In this document: in pieces, positions 21,401-31,153 of the stretch
Numbering within the stretch: position 1 is the stretch's first letter
Layout of the letters: every line of letters begins with the position of its first letter
DNA from: a virus
Taxonomy: Duplodnaviria; Caudoviricetes
Strand: one strand, 5' to 3'
Virus record (IMG/VR): IMGVR_UViG_3300035498_000877
Location: 225,235 to 289,234 of that record
Length of the DNA: 64,000 bases
The notes under the pieces: model-generated
What the model was told of the DNA's origin: nothing
What the model saw: only the letters and a program-made list of their open reading frames with translations
The model's database searches: none
Program-made: the position numbers and the translations under genes

Positions 21401-22228
21401 GTATCTAATTCATTCCATTGTCATGTATCAGAAGATATAGATCCAATAGAGAAACAAGATCTTGAGGGAAGATTCTGGAATCTATTTAATGGTGGTAAAA
21501 TACAATATGTCAGATACCCTATAAGCTATAATAAAGATGCTATAAAGACATTAGTTAATAGGGCTATGAAGAAAGGATATTATGAAGGAGTAAATCTTGC
21601 ATTGGGATATTGCGATGATTGTGGGCATCAAGAACTTGAAATGGATGTATGCCCTAAGTGCGGAAGTAAGAACCTTACTCTTATATCAAGAATGAATGGT
21701 GAAGGAAATTATGTTATGACATATTGCCATTCTAAAATTAATTGAATTGCTGGGAGTTCCTTAGAGCCTAAATAACCGCAGCTAGTAGTGATACATAGTG
21801 TAGCAGATAGTATAACGACTATCGGATGGTAAAATCATTTAGGATTGGATAATCATAAGCAGCGAAGATACTGAATACAGTATAACGTTCAACGACTATC
21901 GACCAGCTATAGTGTTCGAGAAATACGGCACCAATATAGTCAGTAGAGTACACCCTAAGCTAATGAGGGATCTAGAAGTGGAATGTCTAGATGGTGAACT
22001 GGAAGTGGTTAACTAAGAAGATATAGTCTCAACTGTGTAATTTTTATATTACACACCTCATGTTTGAGATAACATGTTGTCCTATGAGAGTAGGAGCTGC
22101 ATTAAGTTGCGATATACATTTTGCGAATGTATATGAAGAAATTGTATTTGTCATATTCAAGAGTTCATGGAGATACTAGATTGAATGATGCTAAGATGGC
22201 TGAGATAGCTGATAGAAAAAGCATGTAA
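18427..22228 (+). CDS. nrdD: Class III ribonucleotide reductase; exons 18427-20124, 20408-21700, 22145-22228; two inteins (1024-aa precursor, about 743 aa mature)
   Basis: ATP cone, YVHD, N|CCL, QYGG, PVLFPKL, SPMG|CRAFL, TPAESL|C, CDDC/CPKC, SRMNG|YLSYSRV glycyl-radical loop restored by splicing. Confidence 0.93.
18997..19422 (+). mobile_element. Mini-intein 1 in NrdD (142 aa)
   Basis: Begins CLSRSTKF, has VTPNHRW block B, ends VWCLDVEEDHSFLLEYGIPTGN before Cys; removal restores TMN-CCL. Confidence 0.9.
20125..20407 (+). mobile_element. Group I intron (283 nt) in nrdD
   Basis: Exon end ATGGGT pairs with IGS GCCCAT; TCGACTA/GATAGTC P7 pair; ends ...TAATACG before TGT AGA (CR). Confidence 0.9.
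20915..21331 (+). mobile_element. Mini-intein 2 in NrdD (139 aa)
   Basis: CFTGDT start, ECTPDHPF, VYNIEVEDNNNYF...LVHN before Cys. Confidence 0.92.
21701..22144 (+). mobile_element. Group I intron (444 nt) in nrdD, directly after the glycyl-radical Gly codon
   Basis: GAATGGT pairs with IGS GCCATTC; AATTGCTGGGA, GCAGC, TTCAACGACTA, AAGATATAGTC; ends ...AATTG before TAT TTG. Confidence 0.92.
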
Positions 22229-22239
22229 TTTTATTTTTG

Positions 22240-22280
22240 ATAGAGGGGGAGCTTAGTACTCCCCTCTATTTTATTTTTTA
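22240..22280 (+). terminator. Intrinsic terminator after nrdD exon 3
   Basis: ATAGAGGGG/CCCCTCTAT plus T tract. Confidence 0.65.
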
Positions 22281-22326
22281 ATTATATATTATAAATATAA
22301 TAAAGAATATTAGGAGGTACTATTAT

Positions 22327-22782
22327 ATGCATAAAAATCTAGAAGTTGAGAATAAAGCTATATATGGGGAATATTGTGATAAGATGTATGGTCAGAAATA
22401 TTGCATATGCTTGATTAGAGAATTTCGGAAAATAAGAAGAAGGAAGTGCAAAGAAGTTCATGAATTACATGAGATATTAGAATATCAGAAAATATATCCT
22501 ATAACAGAATCTAAATATGAATTAATACGTAAACAAGGATTAGATTACTATTTTAATTCATTCAGTAATTATCATAATCATGGTGTTCATAATATTTTTG
22601 AGAATAAAGAAGAAGATATGATGCATCCATTATTAAATCTCAATATGGATTATGCTAAGAAAAAACTACATACCTTAGAGGTAGAATTGTGTTATATAAA
22701 TGCAAATATTAAATCAATAAGTAAAATTCTAAGAGGTAAAAAAGAATTTACTAATAAAAAATTAAAGGAGGAAACAAAATGA
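22327..22782 (+). CDS. Hypothetical protein
   Basis: ORF with AGGAGG RBS and upstream TATATTAT. Confidence 0.7.
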   Translation: MHKNLEVENKAIYGEYCDKMYGQKYCICLIREFRKIRRRKCKEVHELHEILEYQKIYPITESKYELIRKQGLDYYFNSFSNYHNHGVHNIFENKEEDMMHPLLNLNMDYAKKKLHTLEVELCYINANIKSISKILRGKKEFTNKKLKEETK

Positions 22783-23738
22783 TTTTGCATGATAAAATCA
22801 AACTAAAAAATCAAAAGAGATTCACTGAACAATTCAAAAATCCAGTTCAACGTATTATTGATCGATGTGATGAAATTGATGAAATAATTAGAGGAGTTGA
22901 TAACTCACTAATGAATGATGATCCAGATAATGTGGATTATTATAAAACATCTATACAGGTACAAAATGCATTAGCAGTATATGATAAGGCCTTGGTATCA
23001 GTAATATATGATGCTGGATATCTGGCTAATAATATTAAGATATTACAAAAAAGATTCTTAAAACTTCATATATCTAAAGAAAAGAGTGGAGAGATAATTG
23101 GACCTATGGTTGATTTCCATAATCAATTATTGGAATGCAGATCTATAATATCTTCATATATAGTGAATGCTAAAAATCTATATTCACATGCATTATCTGC
23201 AATGCCACTGCAAACCTATAAAGATTTAGTACATTATAATGATGATGAACATGATGAGTTTGATGAAGATCAGGATTGCAATGATGAACAACTGGCAGAA
23301 ATGAAAGTACAACAGTTTGGGACTAAGAATAAGAATGGTTGTGTATATAATGGAGAAACATTAGTTGGTGAAGCTACAATAGATCCAACTCCAAATAATA
23401 CACATACAGTTCGTCTCAGAACAGATTTTGGAACTATTGAAAGTTATTGTAAAAATATAATAGATCCAATAAATGAATTGGTACATGCAATGACAGATGG
23501 TAATACTTCTCACAATAAACAAAATGACATCTTTAAAGAATCTATAGATGATGAAGATGAAGATGAGGATGATGAATATGATAAATTTATGTTAAAATAT
23601 ATTGATAAATCTGTGGCTGAATGTAGGAATATGGATAGATATAATAAAGATAATGTTCATGATGATAGTAGGTATTTTAGTAAATCTGCATATGAAGCAT
23701 ATCTTGAGAGTCGTTCATTAGAAGACGAGGAGGAATAA
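22779..23738 (+). CDS. Hypothetical protein
   Basis: 319-aa ORF, ATGA overlap with the previous gene. Confidence 0.75.
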   Translation: MILHDKIKLKNQKRFTEQFKNPVQRIIDRCDEIDEIIRGVDNSLMNDDPDNVDYYKTSIQVQNALAVYDKALVSVIYDAGYLANNIKILQKRFLKLHISKEKSGEIIGPMVDFHNQLLECRSIISSYIVNAKNLYSHALSAMPLQTYKDLVHYNDDEHDEFDEDQDCNDEQLAEMKVQQFGTKNKNGCVYNGETLVGEATIDPTPNNTHTVRLRTDFGTIESYCKNIIDPINELVHAMTDGNTSHNKQNDIFKESIDDEDEDEDDEYDKFMLKYIDKSVAECRNMDRYNKDNVHDDSRYFSKSAYEAYLESRSLEDEEE

Positions 23739-23760
23739 TATTCAATAAAGGAGGTAATAT

Positions 23761-24354
23761 ATGTTCAATCCGTTAATACCAGAATTACTTAATAATACAC
23801 CACCAAATTATGGTCCTAATAGCAAGATTCAAATAATTGAAAAAATTGCAAGTGGTGATACGAAAGTATGGGATAACTTAAATTATCCCACTTTATCAGA
23901 TATTGAAAAATTATATCCTGATTTATATAAACATATAATATCGGGGCCAGTACCAAATAATATATTTATAATAGAATCAATTTTATATGAACATGAATTT
24001 GGTATAAAAATTCGTATGAAGAATAATAGTGGAATTAATCATTACCAGTGTGAATTTCTTCAACAAATGTATAGTGGAAATGATAGATTTCCAGATGGCC
24101 TATTAACTATGATTGATACTGAACTAAATAAAATATATGAAGCTAGCCCAACAGCTGCTGATTCAGTATACCAAAAAATTCGCAATAAATTTCGAATAAC
24201 AATATTATCTATGCTAGCTCATAATACTACCTTTACTAAAACTGAGGTCAATTTCTATATTATATTAGATTATTTGAAAACATTAATTCCTCCAGACTAT
24301 AATGCAATTCCTCCATTTTCTACCAGTATTAAGGAATATTATATGGATGAATAA
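23761..24354 (+). CDS. Hypothetical protein, YPT..NHYQC paralog family
   Basis: NYPTLSDIEKLYPDLYKHI...NHYQCEF. Confidence 0.75.
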   Translation: MFNPLIPELLNNTPPNYGPNSKIQIIEKIASGDTKVWDNLNYPTLSDIEKLYPDLYKHIISGPVPNNIFIIESILYEHEFGIKIRMKNNSGINHYQCEFLQQMYSGNDRFPDGLLTMIDTELNKIYEASPTAADSVYQKIRNKFRITILSMLAHNTTFTKTEVNFYIILDYLKTLIPPDYNAIPPFSTSIKEYYMDE

Positions 24355-24475
24355 GACACATGAAATTGAAGATGGATGATTCATCCATCTTCTTTTATCG
24401 TATTTATTTTACTATGTATTATATATTCTATATATATGTAGCTAATAAATAATAAATTATCTAAGGAGGTAAAAC

Positions 24476-24982
24476 ATGAATAACTATAATAATATGCCAA
24501 ATACAAATGAGGAGATCATAAATGCAATCAATAATAAATTTGATGATATTTATAATAATCTTTCGTATCCCACGGTTTCTGAAATAACATTACGTTATCC
24601 AGCTTTATACAAACATATCAAAATTGAAAATGAATTGAGATGGGATATTATATGGCCTGCATTTATTTATTGTAATGAAGTTAGATGTTGGAATCATTAT
24701 CAATGTGAATTCCTAAATGATAATATTGCAGGTGATGCTACTGATGATAATCATAATGGTATAATCACAAAGATTGAACAGGCAATATCAGAAGCATGTT
24801 GGGCTTCTGATGAGTTCAACAAAGATAAAGAGGCTAATGATAAGCTAACAGGATATCTAACTCAGGCAAAATCAATATTAGCTTCAATGAGAGAACATGA
24901 GATATCATTCAAAGAGACAGAAAATAGATTAAATAAGTTTCTTGAAGATTTTAATAACCGTAAAAAGGAAAGAGAGGAATAA
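24476..24982 (+). CDS. Hypothetical protein, YPT..NHYQC paralog family
   Basis: SYPTVSEITLRYPALYKHI...NHYQCEF. Confidence 0.75.
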   Translation: MNNYNNMPNTNEEIINAINNKFDDIYNNLSYPTVSEITLRYPALYKHIKIENELRWDIIWPAFIYCNEVRCWNHYQCEFLNDNIAGDATDDNHNGIITKIEQAISEACWASDEFNKDKEANDKLTGYLTQAKSILASMREHEISFKETENRLNKFLEDFNNRKKEREE

Positions 24983-24997
24983 ATCCTCCCTTTCTTT

Positions 24998-26344
24998 TTA
25001 TACATTTTTAACCCAAGTTACATATTTTTCATTTATTGAGATCCATCCAGCACCACTCTTAAGCTTTCCAAATCCATTCTTTTCTTCAGTAATTGTATAT
25101 TGAACATTCTTGGTTACCGATCCATTTGCAGTATATGATGTTCCAGCACCAGTTCTAATACGTAATCCATCAACTATTACCTTTACTATATATGGAACTC
25201 TCTTTGTATTAGTTGTATCTGCTGTAGCTTTTGTATCAGTATGATGTCTATTATAGATTTCAGTTCCATATCCAGCTCTTCTAGTTTTTACTGTATCACT
25301 TTGATCAGCTGGTTTCTCAAATTGAGTAAGTACAGCATCAGAAGCAACTTTAATAGAAGTAGCTGTCTTTAATGTTTCCATAAGAACTTTATAACCTTGA
25401 AGTTCTAACCATAGATAATCACACTGCATATCAAAGTCACCAATTGACTTATTGGCAGAATTTGCATATGATAACAATTTCTGTTTTCTAGTATAATATG
25501 TCCATTGAGCTAATCCATATCCAGCTGAATCTTTCACAAAGTTTGTGTATGTTCCGTTGTCTACTGCATTAGTATATTCGTCATCTGTATAACCCAATTT
25601 CTTTTCATATGAATTCTGGAGGTTATTAGATTTAATACCAGACTCAGCATAAATATTACCCATTAATCCAGCAGTTGCATATTCATTTAATCCTTTACCA
25701 ATAAGGAAATTCCACATTTTTAATTCATTATTAGCATCATCTGATACAGTATTCTCTGCAGATACAGTATCATCATTATTAACAGGATTAGTTGCTTTAA
25801 CTGTCGTAGCAGTTGGGGTTGCTAAGAATGCATTTACTGTTTCAGCAATTGTTCCCATATTATCATAGAAGAAACCACCAGGGCAAGCTTTATTTTTAAA
25901 CCATCTATGTGCAGTCATATTCTGTTTATCCACTTGGCCGATTAATGATTTATCGCCTTGCCATAATAATTTAGGAATACCATTTCTCTTACATATATCT
26001 ACAATCAAGTTGATTAATGAAGTATATGCTTCACTTGATGGCATATAATCAGGTGAACTTGTTATAGATGCTACTTCAATAGTTACAGCCCTATTATCAT
26101 TTGATCTACTAGAAGAACACCAAGATCTATTTGCTTCATCTACATATAGTGCAATACGACCATCAGATCCTATTCCATAGTTAGAAGATGCTCCTCTATT
26201 TGGATCTATAAAGATATTACCTAATGTTTCTACTGTACAGTTACCTGCCATAGTATGTATAGTAATTGTATCTATTGTATGATTTCTAGGCTTATCACAA
26301 TTTGGACTTAATTTTGTATAACTAATCAAACTACTATTACTCAT
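24998..26344 (-). CDS. Endolysin: Amidase_2 + phage-tail-lysozyme-like + SH3-like domain
   Basis: TITIHTMAG, ASSNYGIG, AVTIEVA, HRWFKNKACPG; GLMGNIYAESG, GYGLAQWT, FEKPAD; LRIRTGAGT...GKLKSGAGWI. Likely start is ATG 26344. Confidence 0.88.
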   Translation of the reverse strand: MSNSSLISYTKLSPNCDKPRNHTIDTITIHTMAGNCTVETLGNIFIDPNRGASSNYGIGSDGRIALYVDEANRSWCSSSRSNDNRAVTIEVASITSSPDYMPSSEAYTSLINLIVDICKRNGIPKLLWQGDKSLIGQVDKQNMTAHRWFKNKACPGGFFYDNMGTIAETVNAFLATPTATTVKATNPVNNDDTVSAENTVSDDANNELKMWNFLIGKGLNEYATAGLMGNIYAESGIKSNNLQNSYEKKLGYTDDEYTNAVDNGTYTNFVKDSAGYGLAQWTYYTRKQKLLSYANSANKSIGDFDMQCDYLWLELQGYKVLMETLKTATSIKVASDAVLTQFEKPADQSDTVKTRRAGYGTEIYNRHHTDTKATADTTNTKRVPYIVKVIVDGLRIRTGAGTSYTANGSVTKNVQYTITEEKNGFGKLKSGAGWISINEKYVTWVKNV

Positions 26345-26450
26345 CTTTTTCGTCATCTCCTTTGTTATTACTAATCTCATTTATAAAGTTCTCATCATAT
26401 TCTTCAGTCTTTCCAGCATCAATATTTTCAATATCTGTCATGTTGATCAT
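26337..26450 (-). CDS. Small acidic 37-aa ORF overlapping the endolysin start
   Basis: AAGGAGGTG RBS; MINMTDIENIDAGKTEEYDENFINEISNNKGDDEKDE. Confidence 0.45.
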   Translation of the reverse strand: MINMTDIENIDAGKTEEYDENFINEISNNKGDDEKDE

Positions 26451-26562
26451 CACGATCACCTCCTTTTAAATAAACGTACCTATTAAATAGAATATCAACC
26501 GACTTACTAATAACTTATCTATTGAGAAAATATTTAAAAATAATATGTAAAGGAGTGTAATT

Positions 26563-27864
26563 ATGTTAAACAGTATAAAAGAAATGATCAAGCAAAAACA
26601 AAGTCTTATGGAAGCATCTTCTTTGATATTTGATGATGCAAATGGACTTAATATTGAAGATCTTATTGTATTAGGTGAAGAGACTACAGAAGAGCCTGTT
26701 ACAGAAGAAGAGATGGAAGATGATAATGACAAAGAAAAAGATAAACCTGAAGAGAAGGAACCAGAAGCAGAGCCAGAGTCAGAACCAGAAACAAATATGA
26801 TGGATGAGCCAGTAGAAGATGATTTACCTGCTCCTGAACCTGATGAAGTACCAGCTGGTGATAATATGCTTGATGAGCCAATCGATGGACCTGTTGATGG
26901 AACAGGAGAAGTATCACCCGAAGGAGATCCATCTATAGATCCAATTGATGATATACTTAGTGTATCAATAGATCTTAGAACTAATACATTGAATGATACA
27001 TTACCAATACCTCCAGCAAATGCAGCTGATGCATTGCCATCTGAAGATGATGATTCATTATTATCTCAAAAAGTTGATAGTGGATTTGGTGGAGAAGATG
27101 ATGATACATCTACATTAGTTCCTGAGCAGGAAGGAGAACTCGATACTACTGAATCAGAATCTGAAGAAGAATTAAGTATTGAATCAAAAATAGCTAAATT
27201 GAATAATACTACAAGATTGCTTCAAGAGTTTAGAGGATTTAGGGATGTTGGAAATCCAGAAAGACATATTGAAGATATGGATAGAAGACCCGATGGTAGA
27301 TTTGCTAATTCTCCATTAGGACAAGCAGCTATAAGTAAAGATGCTATGGATAAATATCACAGATTAATGGGTGATCTACCTGATGAAATCGTCGATAATG
27401 ATGGAACAGATTCATTGCCTGATGAAATAACAGATAAATCTGAATATGATAAGCCTTTGACTGCAGTGCAGCGATTAAGAAATCGATATGGAAAAGAATG
27501 TGATGATATATTAGGTGAGGAATGTGGTGAATCTGATAGTGTAATTGAATCTATTGAAAATATATTCAATGACGATATCTTCACCGAAGAGATTTCATTA
27601 GGTGATGGAGATAATAGTCAGAATCAAGATACTCCTCCAGATGCAAACAACAATGGAGAAAATTCTGTTACAGCTGCTGTACGTGATAAGGTGAGTGAAT
27701 CTCAACCTGATGAAAGTACCGGAGATGATGATCTATCAGATGGATTAGAAGACGATCTCAGTGGTGCTGATGAAACTGTTAATAAGAGTGATATATTCAG
27801 TAAATTGAGTAATCTCACAAAGAACCTTGAAGATATCAAGAAAGATATAATTTCAAATAAATAA
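26563..27864 (+). CDS. Highly acidic protein, possible head scaffold/internal protein
   Basis: D/E/P-rich low-complexity ORF; function is inference. Confidence 0.5.
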   Translation: MLNSIKEMIKQKQSLMEASSLIFDDANGLNIEDLIVLGEETTEEPVTEEEMEDDNDKEKDKPEEKEPEAEPESEPETNMMDEPVEDDLPAPEPDEVPAGDNMLDEPIDGPVDGTGEVSPEGDPSIDPIDDILSVSIDLRTNTLNDTLPIPPANAADALPSEDDDSLLSQKVDSGFGGEDDDTSTLVPEQEGELDTTESESEEELSIESKIAKLNNTTRLLQEFRGFRDVGNPERHIEDMDRRPDGRFANSPLGQAAISKDAMDKYHRLMGDLPDEIVDNDGTDSLPDEITDKSEYDKPLTAVQRLRNRYGKECDDILGEECGESDSVIESIENIFNDDIFTEEISLGDGDNSQNQDTPPDANNNGENSVTAAVRDKVSESQPDESTGDDDLSDGLEDDLSGADETVNKSDIFSKLSNLTKNLEDIKKDIISNK

Positions 27865-27984
27865 CATGTAAAGAAGAAGGAGAATTATCTCCTTCTTCTT
27901 TTTTATCGTATATTTTATGTATTAATTTATATATTCTATATATAGTAAGATAGAAACAATAACTTTCAAAAGGAGGAAAATAAA

Positions 27985-29682
27985 ATGAAAGTAGTATTAA
28001 AAGAATGGCTCAAAGATAAAACTGCATGTGGATTAATGGTGATATGGTTTATTGCTCAAGTTATAGCAACATACATCAGTGTATTTACAATATCAATTGT
28101 ATCAGATACAATTGCTGACATTGATAATATGTCTTATCACATGCCACGATTGATAGCATTTCTTACAGCCTCAATAATCATACAAGTGATAACTACTTAT
28201 TGCAGGCCAAGAGCTATAAATCATTTGTACTCATTTTTGTATGATCAGTATAATGGCAAAATCTTGGATTCAGATTATGATTTGTATTCCAAGTATTCAG
28301 CTGTAAAGATTGATACAATATCTGATTTCATATGGAAGATTACAAATGTTGGGAGATCTACATTGAATCAAATCATTAGTGCTATAAGTATTGTAGTAAC
28401 ATTGATTGCAATGTGGAAAATCGCTGGTGAAGTAGTTTTCCCTATACTTGGAATTTATTTACTAGCAGCATTGCTTCTTAAAGTATTATTCAAGAAATAT
28501 GATGAAATGCATCAAAAAGCTACAAAGATTATGCATAAGAGAAATCAGGAATTCGAGAATATGATTAATGGATTCCAAGAAGTTAGATCATTCAATCTCA
28601 GCAATAAATATCGTAAGAATATTCATGAAATGAATATGGAAACAATGAGATTGATGAACAAGAAAAATTTACTTAATATTCCTATTGATTTTAGTATAGA
28701 AGTAATTGATACTGTTGCATTAATCATTATAATATTCTATGCAGCAAAATTAATGGGAATGAATGTACTAACTCAGTCAGCAGCAATGAGTTTGGTAATG
28801 TATGTATGGAGGATAATTAATCCGATAATTAATATCGTTGATTATTTCGACCAACTATCTGATGATCTATCATTGAAGAAAGATTATGAAGAGATTATGA
28901 GTTACCAAAATAAGACAATAGATTCTGGTACAATAAATCTTCAATCTTTCGAAGATAAGATCGAGCTGAAACACGTTGGTTTTGCATATAATGATTCATC
29001 GACTATTCTTAATGATGTTTCTATGGTCATTAAGAAAGGTCAGAGGATTGGTATATGTGGAGTATCTGGAGGTGGCAAGACAACTTTGTTCAAATTATTG
29101 AACAAGTTCTATCAAGTTACCAAAGGAGAAATTGCCATTGATGGTATTAATTTAAATGATATCAGCAGTGAGAGTTATCGTAAGTTTGTTGGTACTGTCC
29201 ATCAAGATAATACTATATTCCCTGGTACAATAAAAGAGAATATTGCATATGGTGTATCTTCATATACTGAGTACGAACTCATAGAAGCTTGCAAGAAAGC
29301 AAATATCTATGAATTCATAATGGGATTAGAGAAGAAGTTCGACACTGAAGTAGGACCGAGAGGTGTTAAACTATCAGGTGGTCAGAGACAACGTATAGCA
29401 CTTGCCAGGGTGTTTATGGTAAACCCAGAAATCATTTTATTAGATGAAGCTACATCTGCTTTAGATTCAGAATCAGAAACTATGATACAAGATGCAATAG
29501 ACAATACTAAAGACAAAACTATTATAACCATAGCCCATAGGCTCGATACGATCAAGAACTGTGATTGTATTTATGTAATGGGAAATCATAAGATAGTAGA
29601 GTCAGGCACTTATGATGAACTGATTAATCAACATGGAATATTCTATTCCATGGTCAATACAAAAAATAAAGAGAGACAATAA
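27985..29682 (+). CDS. ABC exporter half-transporter (TMD+NBD, MsbA/ATM1-like)
   Basis: N-terminal TM segments; GVSGGGKTT, VHQD, LSGGQRQR, ILLDEATSALD, IAHRL. Confidence 0.93.
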   Translation: MKVVLKEWLKDKTACGLMVIWFIAQVIATYISVFTISIVSDTIADIDNMSYHMPRLIAFLTASIIIQVITTYCRPRAINHLYSFLYDQYNGKILDSDYDLYSKYSAVKIDTISDFIWKITNVGRSTLNQIISAISIVVTLIAMWKIAGEVVFPILGIYLLAALLLKVLFKKYDEMHQKATKIMHKRNQEFENMINGFQEVRSFNLSNKYRKNIHEMNMETMRLMNKKNLLNIPIDFSIEVIDTVALIIIIFYAAKLMGMNVLTQSAAMSLVMYVWRIINPIINIVDYFDQLSDDLSLKKDYEEIMSYQNKTIDSGTINLQSFEDKIELKHVGFAYNDSSTILNDVSMVIKKGQRIGICGVSGGGKTTLFKLLNKFYQVTKGEIAIDGINLNDISSESYRKFVGTVHQDNTIFPGTIKENIAYGVSSYTEYELIEACKKANIYEFIMGLEKKFDTEVGPRGVKLSGGQRQRIALARVFMVNPEIILLDEATSALDSESETMIQDAIDNTKDKTIITIAHRLDTIKNCDCIYVMGNHKIVESGTYDELINQHGIFYSMVNTKNKERQ

Positions 29683-29698
29683 GCCTCTCTTTATTTTT
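29662..29698. terminator. Bidirectional terminator
   Basis: AAAAATAAAGAGAG/CTCTCTTTATTTTT between convergent genes. Confidence 0.6.
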
Positions 29699-31016
29699 AA
29701 TAATCGAACATTCTTTCATCAAATTTTTGTTCTGCTGGTTCCATAAATGGAAGATGCCTATTCAGATCTGGTACTATGTATTTCTTTATATTTTCCCATA
29801 TAGGTTTCTCATCTTTTTCTTTATAGATCTCTTTGAATGAGAATGTGAATGATGGATCATCCCTAAACTTCATTCTTGATTTGTTTCCTTCAATCAATCC
29901 ATTATCTTTTCCATACATGATCATAGAACGTAGTGGATCAAATCCATCTCTAAATGCAAATACCATTAAGAATGATATTCCCTTACTATTATTACCTGAT
30001 TGATTTGATGAACTCTTTATAGGTTCTACCATTACCATATGTCCTGCAAATCCATCTGATTCCTCAGTAAAATCATCTGATGGTTTAGCTGTTAATTTGA
30101 CTATGTTATATGGAGAGTAAAGCATCATTCTTCCACCAGGAATTGATTCATCCTGTTTTAAGAAATTCTGTTGTTTAGCTACAGGTATAAATGCATTCAT
30201 ACTCATATTGAAGTTAATATGACTAATTCCATATACAATGATATTCGCTTCCTTACATAATGGAATTATATCCTTTAGAAATCCTTTTAATGTTTTAGCA
30301 TCTCTTGCTCCTTCAGTATTACCTCTTATCTTCTCTGCTTCACTAGCTTCTTTATTACTCTCAGCATTAAAGGTATCATTCATTACAGTAGTTAAAGAAT
30401 CTATAATCACAACGGTAGGTTGATATATCATTACATCTTTTCCAAATTCATTCTTGAATCCAGATTTAACCATCAACTGCTCTTTCAGTCTTACTTTAGT
30501 TACATATAATTTTACTATCATCTCTTGAATAGTATCAAGACCAACACCAGCTCCAGACTTCAATGTATATCTACTATTTCCTTCACCATCATCAAAATAA
30601 CTAGCAGGAAGTTTAGTAATATTTTCACATCTAGAAATATCAGTTCTGTTTTCACAATCATAATGAATTACATTTGCATATGGATATTGCCTAATGATAT
30701 TTCCAGCAATTTGTACTGCTAATGTTGTTTTACCTGATCCTGTATTTCCTATTATCAAGTTAAATGTTCCAGCTGCTTGTCCAACTCTCGGTTCTTGCCC
30801 AGTAATATTTCCTAACTTATCATGTACATTGATCACAGATCCAAAATAATAATCAAATTGATGAAATCCAGTTTTAATGAAAGCTGTGGTAACATTCGTA
30901 TTGAATAAATTTTTCTTATCATTTTCTCTCAATGCATTTAATAATGGATTAAATATTCTAGAATTCTCATCAGATTCTATTAATGCTTTATCCAATGCTG
31001 ATTCATTTTTAGCCAT
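29697..31016 (-). CDS. RecA/UvsX-like recombinase
   Basis: IKTGFHQFD, GNTGSGKTT, HYDCE, VIIDSLT, ISHI, IPGG. Confidence 0.85.
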   Translation of the reverse strand: MAKNESALDKALIESDENSRIFNPLLNALRENDKKNLFNTNVTTAFIKTGFHQFDYYFGSVINVHDKLGNITGQEPRVGQAAGTFNLIIGNTGSGKTTLAVQIAGNIIRQYPYANVIHYDCENRTDISRCENITKLPASYFDDGEGNSRYTLKSGAGVGLDTIQEMIVKLYVTKVRLKEQLMVKSGFKNEFGKDVMIYQPTVVIIDSLTTVMNDTFNAESNKEASEAEKIRGNTEGARDAKTLKGFLKDIIPLCKEANIIVYGISHINFNMSMNAFIPVAKQQNFLKQDESIPGGRMMLYSPYNIVKLTAKPSDDFTEESDGFAGHMVMVEPIKSSSNQSGNNSKGISFLMVFAFRDGFDPLRSMIMYGKDNGLIEGNKSRMKFRDDPSFTFSFKEIYKEKDEKPIWENIKKYIVPDLNRHLPFMEPAEQKFDERMFDY

Positions 31017-31153
31017 ATTTTATTTTTCCTCCTTTTATTTCATTAAATACATCGTTAATAAATTATCATAATCTTAGTGGATGATGTATTTAATTAGTTT
31101 ATTTTCAACATGCCTATTAAGTACAATATATATTTATAAAAAGGAGAATTATT

